Shown: one piece after another, positions 10,975 through 19,450 of the stretch
Position numbering within the stretch: position 1 is the first letter of the stretch
How the letters are laid out: the number at the start of each line of letters is the position of its first letter
Assembly: GCA_963545485.1 (NCBI GenBank)
Contig: CAUUJG010000007.1
Location: 6,240-70,239 of the forward strand
Direction: 5' to 3'
Source of the DNA: an uncultured Clostridia bacterium
GTDB taxonomy: Bacteria > Bacillota > Clostridia > Christensenellales > CAG-917
Length of the DNA stretch: 64,000 nucleotides
Translations under genes and position numbers: made by a program
The notes under the pieces: generated by a model
Databases searched by the model: none
Seen by the model: the letters and a program-made list of their open reading frames with translations, nothing else
Told to the model about the DNA's origin: nothing

Positions 10975-11110
10975 AAAAAAACACTTAAAGAGTGTTCTTT
11001 TATGAGAGCCTCGAGCTCCAGCCTTAATATCTGGCTTTTAGTCTTCAACTGTTCTCTCCCTACAACGCAGGTTGTAGCACGCTTTTCAGCAACGTAGCGC
11101 CAACGACAAT
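10975..11110 (-). ncRNA. Unclassified structured small RNA, paralogue A (own promoter and intrinsic terminator)
   Basis: - strand promoter: TTGACA (11142-11137), 17 nt, TATTAT (11119-11114). The transcript begins near AAAUUGUCG. The body is GC-enriched relative to its flanks and contains hairpins CUACAAC-CUGC-GUUGUAG and CCAG-N9-CUGG. It ends in the hairpin AACACU/AGUGUU plus U7 (10975-10996). No gene lies downstream on this strand. The 3' 48 nt are 46/48 identical to paralogue B. Confidence 0.6.
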
Positions 11111-11392
11111 TTAATAATATAGGAGAAAAAGAAGGATGTCAATGTAAACGCAAAGCCAATAAGAAATCTTGTTTTTAAGACATCTGAAGAAGTGTATGAC
11201 GAATAGAGTGAAGTATATCAACCTACGGTTTTCTTTGCACATCATCAAATTTGTCGCATTGTTTATTCAATTAATGGCGTTGCCGGTATAATTATTTATA
11301 TGATTAAAAAATGCAAATATTGTAATAATAGATGTAATTAAAATTATTGATAAAAAGTACTCAAACAAATAATATAAGTTGGGGGCTAAATC

Positions 11393-12397
11393 ATGAATAA
11401 AATTAAGAATACAATGATAGAAATTAGTGAAGATATAATTGAAAATAAGATTTATATTATAAGAAATCAAAAAATTATGCTGGATAGTGATTTGGCAGAA
11501 ATTTATGGATATGAAACAAAAAATCTTAATAGACAAGTTAAAAATAATATTGAAAAATTTGAAGGCGAAGATTTTATGTTTCGGTTAACAACTCAGGAAG
11601 TTAAAGAACTTTCAAGGTGCAAAAATTTCACCTTGAACAATATAGGTCAAGGGAATAACATTAAATACAATCCATATGCTTTTACAGAACAAGGAATATA
11701 CATGTTAATGACCGTATTAAAAGGTAATTTTGCCATTCAACAGAGTAGAGCTCTAATTAAAGCATTTAAACAAATGAAGGATTACATTATAGAAAATAGA
11801 GATTTTATTACTTCAAATGAATTATTTAAATTAGCTATGCAAACGAGCAAAAATACTAAAGATATATTAGAAATAAAATCAAACATGGCGACGAAAGAAG
11901 AATTCAAAAAAGTGATGAACAACTTTATAGATCCAAATACATATAAGCATTTTTTATTATTTAATGGCGATAAAATAGAAGCTGATATTGCATATGTTAA
12001 AATATATAAATCAGCCAAAAAAAGCATTTATATTATAGATAATTATATAGGGTTAAAAACATTAGAATTATTAAGGGCAGCAAAAAATGATATAGAAATA
12101 AAAATTTTTAGCGACAATATAAAAAATAAAGAAATGCTTACCAAAAATATTTTAGAAGATTTTAAAAAAAGTTATAAAAATATTAAAATAAACATCCAAA
12201 TTGCAAATAAAAAATATCATGATCGATATATTGCAATTGACTATGGAACAGAAGATGAAGCATTTTATCTTTGCGGAGCATCATCAAAGGATGCTGGAAA
12301 TAAGATATCTACAATTACTAAAATTGAAGCAGTATCTAATAACTTATACCATAATATGTTTTTTGAAATATTAAAAAATAAAGAATTAAATTTTTAA
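11393..12397 (+). CDS. ORF6N (KilA-N-related DNA-binding) domain protein fused to a variant HKD/PLD-like C-terminal domain
   Basis: The N-terminus matches the ORF6N pattern (IYIIRNQKIMLDSDLAEIYGYETKNLNRQVKNNIEKFEGEDFMFRLT...YNPYAFTEQGIYMLMTVL). The C-terminus reads KKSIYIIDNY...KYHDRYIAIDYGTEDEAFYLCGASSKDAGNK, which resembles a single HxK(x)4D...GSxN PLD motif with R in place of K. GGGGG RBS 8 nt upstream. Confidence 0.7.
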   Translation: MNKIKNTMIEISEDIIENKIYIIRNQKIMLDSDLAEIYGYETKNLNRQVKNNIEKFEGEDFMFRLTTQEVKELSRCKNFTLNNIGQGNNIKYNPYAFTEQGIYMLMTVLKGNFAIQQSRALIKAFKQMKDYIIENRDFITSNELFKLAMQTSKNTKDILEIKSNMATKEEFKKVMNNFIDPNTYKHFLLFNGDKIEADIAYVKIYKSAKKSIYIIDNYIGLKTLELLRAAKNDIEIKIFSDNIKNKEMLTKNILEDFKKSYKNIKINIQIANKKYHDRYIAIDYGTEDEAFYLCGASSKDAGNKISTITKIEAVSNNLYHNMFFEILKNKELNF

Positions 12398-12446
12398 TTT
12401 ATTCACTTTTTACAAATAATATTTTTATTATCTATTTAGAATAAAT

Positions 12447-12582
12447 AAAAAAACACTCAAAGAGTGTTCTTTTATGAGAGCCTTGAGCGTTGGTCTTATA
12501 AACCCAACTTTTAGTCGATCACTTTTCTCTCTGAACGGTTCAATATCTACATCCCGTCTTAGCATTCTCAGCCACGCGACAA
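12447..12582 (-). ncRNA. Unclassified structured small RNA, paralogue B (own promoter and intrinsic terminator)
   Basis: - strand promoter: TTGACA (12615-12610), 17 nt, TATATT (12592-12587). The transcript begins near UAUCUUGUCGCG. Hairpins ACGG-N17-CCGU and GUUGG-N10-CCAAC. Conserved elements AGAGAGAA, GACUAAAAG and GGCUCUCAUAAAAG. Terminator AACACUC/GAGUGUU plus U7 (12447-12469), which also serves as a + strand terminator for the ORF6N gene. Confidence 0.6.
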
Positions 12583-12807
12583 GATAAATATATAAAGAAG
12601 AGTAAAAAATGTCAATAGGAACAAAATTTAAGTTAGCGTCTAGTTTTCCGTTAGATTTGAGTAAATAATAATCAAACAAAATTAAATTTAATATAAAAGA
12701 TGTAATGTTCGGAAGTAATAAATAGAGTAGATTATCGACTAATAGTATGATTCCAAATGACATTATTGTAAGTATTTTCAAAAATTTTAGTGATTAAGCT
12801 AATCCAG

Positions 12808-12843
12808 CAACTATGCGTAAAATAATAATTTTACGCATAGTTG
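12808..12843. repeat. Perfect palindrome: 15-bp arms around a 6-bp AT spacer (CAACTATGCGTAAAA-TAATAA-TTTTACGCATAGTTG)
   Basis: Read directly from the sequence. No T-run follows on either strand, so it is not a canonical intrinsic terminator. It sits between sRNA B and the corA promoter. Confidence 0.8.
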
Positions 12844-12876
12844 TGTGAAGAAACATGAAAACTATTATTTATTTGT

Positions 12877-13018
12877 TTGATAAGTTATTTTAAGTTTGTT
12901 AGAATTAAAACACTTTTGAGGTAAATAATGGAATCCGATGGTCGAAGTAAAAAATTAAATATTGTGACGCTGAGGTAAATATTTACTGTTTCCCTCTGGC
13001 AATCTTTAGGAGGGTTAA
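12877..13018 (+). promoter_or_regulatory. corA promoter and ~107-nt leader with an SD-sequestering hairpin
   Basis: TTGATA (12877-12882), 17 nt, TAGAAT (12900-12905). CCCUC (12992-12996) can pair with the GAGGG of the RBS (13010-14). Two upstream copies of UGAGGUAAAUA (12917-27, 12971-81) could compete for the CCCUC. Confidence 0.45.
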
Positions 13019-13978
13019 ATGATTCAAGTTTTTAAAAAAGAAAATAATTCAACAGTTTCAATCAATTTTGAAGATTTATTGGATAATTATGACTATTCTG
13101 ATCATTGGTTACATTTATCAAATCCAACTGACAAAGAAATTGAATTTATTTCCAAAACATTTAATGTCGAAGAAAATTTAATTAAATCATCATTGGACGA
13201 TGAAGAAAGACCTAGAATTGATTATGAAAACAACTCAACACTGATTCTTACTGATATTCCAATTACTGAAGAAGATGAAGAGCAAAATCTGTATACATAT
13301 TCAACTATTCCATTTGGATTTATAAATGCTGGTAAAACCATTATAACAATTTGTCTTTATGAGACATCTATTGTTAATGATTTAATTTATGGAAGATTTA
13401 TTAGAGGAATCAATATACATAAAAAATCACGTTTCTTACTACAATTACAGTACACTATTTCAAAAAAATATATACAGTATCTTAGTCAAGTAGATAAAGC
13501 CTCTCAACGAATCAAAAATGAACTCGAAAAATCAACAAAAAACAAAGAGTTAATTGAAATGATGAATTTAGAACAATCACTAGTCTACTTTTCCACTTCT
13601 TTAAGATCTAATCTCATTGTTGTAGAAAAATTAGTAAAAATAATTGAAATGTTTGATGAGGACAAAGAATTACTTGACGATGTAATCATTGAAAATAAGC
13701 AAGCAATTGAAATGGCAAATATTTACAGAGATATTTTATCAGGGACTATGGATGCATATGCTTCAATAATTTCAAATAATTTAAATGTAGTTATGAAAGT
13801 TTTAACCTCAATTACGCTTATTTTAGCTATTCCAGCTCTATTTGCTGCATTTTGGGGAATGAACACAAAGGTTCCTTTTCAAGGTAAAGAATGGGGATTT
13901 TGGGTAGTCGTTGTTCTATCACTTATTTGTAGTATCGTATTAGCTATTGTACTTTGGAAAAAGAAACTACTGAAATAA
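13019..13978 (+). CDS. corA: Magnesium/cobalt transporter CorA
   Basis: 319 aa with a cytoplasmic N-domain and two C-terminal TM helices. The signature GMN motif (FWGMNTKVPF) lies in the loop. GGAGGG RBS. Confidence 0.88.
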   Translation: MIQVFKKENNSTVSINFEDLLDNYDYSDHWLHLSNPTDKEIEFISKTFNVEENLIKSSLDDEERPRIDYENNSTLILTDIPITEEDEEQNLYTYSTIPFGFINAGKTIITICLYETSIVNDLIYGRFIRGINIHKKSRFLLQLQYTISKKYIQYLSQVDKASQRIKNELEKSTKNKELIEMMNLEQSLVYFSTSLRSNLIVVEKLVKIIEMFDEDKELLDDVIIENKQAIEMANIYRDILSGTMDAYASIISNNLNVVMKVLTSITLILAIPALFAAFWGMNTKVPFQGKEWGFWVVVVLSLICSIVLAIVLWKKKLLK

Positions 13979-13980
13979 TA

Positions 13981-14577
13981 TTATAATGTCAATAATTCAA
14001 GATGCAATTTAAGCTCTTTTTCAACTTTTAACGCTCTTGAACATTCAGAAAGAAAACTTATATTTTTATTTTCCTTCAGCATATATTTTTGTAAAATTTC
14101 TCGAATAAATTTAAGTCCTCTATTTTTTACAGGCTTCAAAATATCACAAATTGTTCGTTCTAAATTATATGCCCGTAAAATATTTCCTTGTGGTGAAATA
14201 ATAGATTCTATGCCTAAACTATAATATGGCTCTACCGAATTATTACATATAATTCCATCATTTTTTGGATTACTATAATTATATGTTTTAGGAAATGTCA
14301 TTTGTATATTATTTGGTTTTATATCAATTATTTTATGTAAATATAAAGCGGTTTCTAAACAATAAATCCCCTTTTTATATTTAGTCTGAAGATTTAAAAA
14401 ATCATCTTCTACGCCGTTAGGTACTTTATATACTCCTCTACTTACACGAATTAAAGAGCCCAATTTTAAAAGATAATTTATATTACTTCGCAAATAACCA
14501 GCATCAACTATCATATTGGTAGTAATAAGTCCGTTGTTTGAATTTGCTATACTTAATATTTCTGTATATTTTTTCAT
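13981..14577 (-). CDS. abiEi: AbiEi-family antitoxin / transcriptional regulator (type IV TA) with no adjacent AbiEii
   Basis: End-to-end AbiEi pattern: NGLITTNMIVDAGYLRSNINYLLKLGSLIRVSRGVYKV (wHTH), ...YCLETALYLHKI...MTFPK..., ...AYNLERTICDILKP.... 198 aa. Confidence 0.8.
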   Translation of the reverse strand: MKKYTEILSIANSNNGLITTNMIVDAGYLRSNINYLLKLGSLIRVSRGVYKVPNGVEDDFLNLQTKYKKGIYCLETALYLHKIIDIKPNNIQMTFPKTYNYSNPKNDGIICNNSVEPYYSLGIESIISPQGNILRAYNLERTICDILKPVKNRGLKFIREILQKYMLKENKNISFLSECSRALKVEKELKLHLELLTL

Positions 14578-14590
14578 AATAATTTCTTTT

Positions 14591-14810
14591 TATGCTTTAA
14601 TTATAATATTTAATAGCATATAAGTAAATAAAATGTAATGGTTTAAAATATTTGCTTTATTGCTTTGTTATATAAAATAACTGCATAAAAGTAAGTATTG
14701 ACAATTTAATACACAATAGTATGTATAAGGACTTTATTAATATTTTCATTATATTGATTTTTACCATTATTCAACTTTTATGCTCTAATAATATATTTAT
14801 AAGCATAAAA
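14591..14810. promoter_or_regulatory. Operator-like inverted repeats upstream of abiEi
   Basis: IR1 is TATGCT-N18-AGCATA (14591-14620) and spans a - strand TATAAT (14605-14600). IR2 is TTTTATGCT-N17-AGCATAAAA (14776-14810, 9-bp perfect arms). Extra half-sites: TGCATAAAA at 14682-14690 and AGCATAAAA at 14954-14962. Confidence 0.5.
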
Positions 14811-14978
14811 ATTGATAATGAGGTTTTTAATATTTATACAATCTTTTCTATAAAATAAACTGATTTTACCTTTTTGCTTTATTAAATAAAAACAACGCAT
14901 ATTTGTTGAAAATTAAGTCAATCAACATCTATGCATGATTAATTATTATATAAAGCATAAAAGTTGACATAATTAAAT

Positions 14979-15054
14979 TGGAGCAGGTAGTCAGAATCGA
15001 ACTGACGGCCTGTTCATTACGAGTGAACTGCTCTACCGACTGAGCCATACCTGC
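14979..15054 (-). tRNA. tRNA-Thr (anticodon CGU)
   Basis: - strand reads GCAGGTA-TG-GCTC-AGTCGGTA-GAGC-A-GTTCA-CTCGTAA-TGAAC-AGGCC-GTCAG-TTCGATT-CTGAC-TACCTGC-T-CCA. 76 nt cloverleaf with encoded CCA. Confidence 0.93.
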
Positions 15055-15055
15055 A

Positions 15056-17572
<2,517 letters not shown>

Positions 17573-17582
17573 AACAAAAATA

Positions 17583-17610
17583 AAGAGCACTTGCATAAGT
17601 GCTCTTTTAT
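17583..17610 (+). terminator. Intrinsic terminator after eno
   Basis: AAGAGCAC-ttgcataa-GTGCTCTT followed by TTAT. Confidence 0.8.
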
Positions 17611-17655
17611 TCTGATCTATTTTATATATTAAAATTTATATTAAAGCGATTTATA

Positions 17656-18429
17656 TTAACCAAGTTTCTTTTTATATTTAACTAACTCATCTTCAGTAAT
17701 ATTACCCAGCTCAAGTCTTGCTCTAATTAATTTAGCTTGTAACTCAGATTCCATATCAGTTTTAACTTGTTTTTTAGGTTTACTAGATTCAGAATTGTTT
17801 GGCTTTACATTTGCTTTAGTTTTATCGTTTATTTTATCAGTTGCTTTTATTCTTTTATTTGACGCAGATTCAACTTTAATATCTTCCTCTTTAATAACAT
17901 TAGACTTAACTAATTCACTTTGCAATCTACTCATTAAATCTGCTTCGATATTTTTCTTTGTGCTTGTTTGTGTTTTTGTTTCTTTTTGAGGCTTTTCTTC
18001 CTTGCTAGATTCATTTACCGCTGCACTTTCTTCTGCTTTCTTTTGTGCAAGTTTCTCAGCTTTAATTGTTTCTTGGAGTTTTTGTTTTGCTAACTTCTCA
18101 GCTCTTAATTTTTCTTTTTCAGCAGCTTTAGCAGCCTTAAGTTCTTCTTGATGCCTTTGTTCTTCCAGTTTTTCAGCTTTAGCTTTTTCCTTCTCAGCCA
18201 ATTTCTCAGCTTTTAACTCTTCTTGATGCTTCTGCTCTTTTAATTTTTTAATACGTTTTTCTTCTGCGAACGCATCTAAATCTAAATCCTTATATTTACC
18301 TTCTTCAATCTTTTTATTAAGGATTTTTTCTTGCAGATGATTATTTATTAAAACTATAAGAACACTTGTCACAATTGATACTGCGACTAAAACGACTGCT
18401 ATAATTAAAACTAAATTAACATCAAACAT
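17656..18429 (-). CDS. Membrane-anchored (N-terminal TM) Lys/Glu-rich coiled-coil repeat protein, function unknown
   Basis: N-terminal TM helix (LVLIIAVVLVAVSIVTSVLIVLI) followed by repeats of the type K(L)KEQKHQEELKAEKLAEKEKAKAEKL. 257 aa. Confidence 0.6.
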   Translation of the reverse strand: MFDVNLVLIIAVVLVAVSIVTSVLIVLINNHLQEKILNKKIEEGKYKDLDLDAFAEEKRIKKLKEQKHQEELKAEKLAEKEKAKAEKLEEQRHQEELKAAKAAEKEKLRAEKLAKQKLQETIKAEKLAQKKAEESAAVNESSKEEKPQKETKTQTSTKKNIEADLMSRLQSELVKSNVIKEEDIKVESASNKRIKATDKINDKTKANVKPNNSESSKPKKQVKTDMESELQAKLIRARLELGNITEDELVKYKKKLG

Positions 18430-18488
18430 ATTCTCTTAAATTCTATATTAAATATAATAACACGCTTAATATTCAATTTTCAAATTTT

Positions 18489-18887
18489 CTATTTTTTTAT
18501 AAACAAAGTTAATAGCGTTTTTATACCCCAAGCAGCTAATCCAGAACAAGCTCCGCACACTAATGCAATAACTATCTTAATGAATAAGTTAACTTTATAT
18601 GTTTTTTCTGTACGTGCAAATGCTCTTCCCTTAGGACTCAAATTAATACAATATACCTTTTCACCCTTTTTATCAGATATTGTATTCGTAAAATATTCAT
18701 CTATTTCTAATGAATGAAGAGATTCTTCCAAATCGGATTCATTAATTTTAATGTCATAACTTACTTTTTCAAAAATATCATAAGGCGTAAGTAAACACTC
18801 TCCCGTTTTCTTGTTGGAAGAATTATAAATTGTTTTCATTATTGTTTTCTCTGTTTTTGATAAAACATGTTGTTTTTCTAATGCCAA
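18489..18887 (-). CDS. Small tail-anchored protein with a wHTH-like N-domain, function unknown
   Basis: 132 aa. The soluble N-part (LSKTEKTIMKTIYN...LTPYDIFEKV...KGEKVYCINLSPKGRAF) looks wHTH-like. Single C-terminal TM helix. TTG start with GAGG RBS inside the end of the upstream gene. Confidence 0.55.
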   Translation of the reverse strand: MALEKQHVLSKTEKTIMKTIYNSSNKKTGECLLTPYDIFEKVSYDIKINESDLEESLHSLEIDEYFTNTISDKKGEKVYCINLSPKGRAFARTEKTYKVNLFIKIVIALVCGACSGLAAWGIKTLLTLFIKK

Positions 18888-18890
18888 TCC

Positions 18891-19388
18891 CTACCTCTTA
18901 AGAAAAAAATACAATAGAACGAAAACAAGACCACAGATAATTGCACCAAAAAAGCTACCAAGAAATGAATACAACAATGTCATATTTTGCTTTATCTGCC
19001 TTGTTGATTCTTCCTTTTTACTATCTATATTTAATTCTTTTTTTATTACTTTTTCTTTTTTCTTTTCATGTATATTACTTTCTTCTAAAGGACTGCTTTC
19101 AATTGTACTTTCTACTACTTTTTTATATACATTTGTTTCTGCAATTAATTCTTTTAAATCTTTCTTGAGCATCAAGCAAAATTCTTCAGGTGTAAAATAT
19201 TTCAAATCAATTAAATCTTTATCTTTGAAATCCTTAATTACATCTGGAATTTTTATTATATCTGCATTTGTGTCAAATTTTTTTGTTGTATTTAAAATAT
19301 CTTCAGTTTCAAGAATTTTAAATTTTTTTTCACTACCGACTAGTTCATCCAGTGCTTTATAAATATTTAATTCAAAATCGCTTAACAT
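18891..19388 (-). CDS. Small tail-anchored protein, function unknown (same architecture as 18489-18887)
   Basis: 165 aa with a soluble N-domain, a charged linker and a single C-terminal TM helix (LLYSFLGSFFGAIICGLVFVLLYFF). Confidence 0.55.
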   Translation of the reverse strand: MLSDFELNIYKALDELVGSEKKFKILETEDILNTTKKFDTNADIIKIPDVIKDFKDKDLIDLKYFTPEEFCLMLKKDLKELIAETNVYKKVVESTIESSPLEESNIHEKKKEKVIKKELNIDSKKEESTRQIKQNMTLLYSFLGSFFGAIICGLVFVLLYFFLKR

Positions 19389-19450
19389 TACTACCTCAAC
19401 ACATTTATGATAACATCTTTGTTTTGTTATAAAAAGATTACAACATTAAC

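Noticed and set aside
10998-11093. Short + strand ORFs starting at the conserved ATGAGAGCC inside both sRNA loci (31 and 37 codons; the second runs from 12470)
   Set aside because: Neither has an RBS. The two peptides diverge completely after 4 residues, whereas the RNA hairpin covaries, so an RNA gene explains the conservation better than a peptide does.
11196-11291. 31-codon + strand ORF (MTNRVKYINLRFSLHIIKFVALFIQLMALPV) that could be imagined as a type I toxin next to sRNA A
   Set aside because: It has only a weak purine stretch as an RBS, and no antisense overlap with the sRNA (they are divergent). Nothing in the sequence alone supports it.
11267-11536. 89-aa - strand ORF overlapping the ORF6N gene start
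   Set aside because: It lies antisense to a well-supported CDS and promoter region, and its translation is low-complexity.
10975-12582. Possibility that the two RNAs are SRP RNA, 6S RNA, tmRNA, RNase P RNA or T-box leaders
   Set aside because: None of the diagnostic motifs is present: no GGAA-tetraloop domain IV motif, no GAGGAAAGUCC, no tag ORF and no T-box GGUGGNACCGCG. The size (~135 nt) and the lack of downstream genes also do not fit.
12428-12781. 117-aa - strand ORF from the ORF track
   Set aside because: It runs straight through the promoter, body and terminator of sRNA B. The paralogous locus A has no equivalent ORF. The low-complexity hydrophobic translation is typical of AT-rich noise.
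12877-13018. M-box (ykoK) Mg2+ riboswitch upstream of corA
   Set aside because: The leader is only ~107 nt, and I could not find the conserved M-box core sequences. It is kept only as an unclassified SD-sequestering leader.
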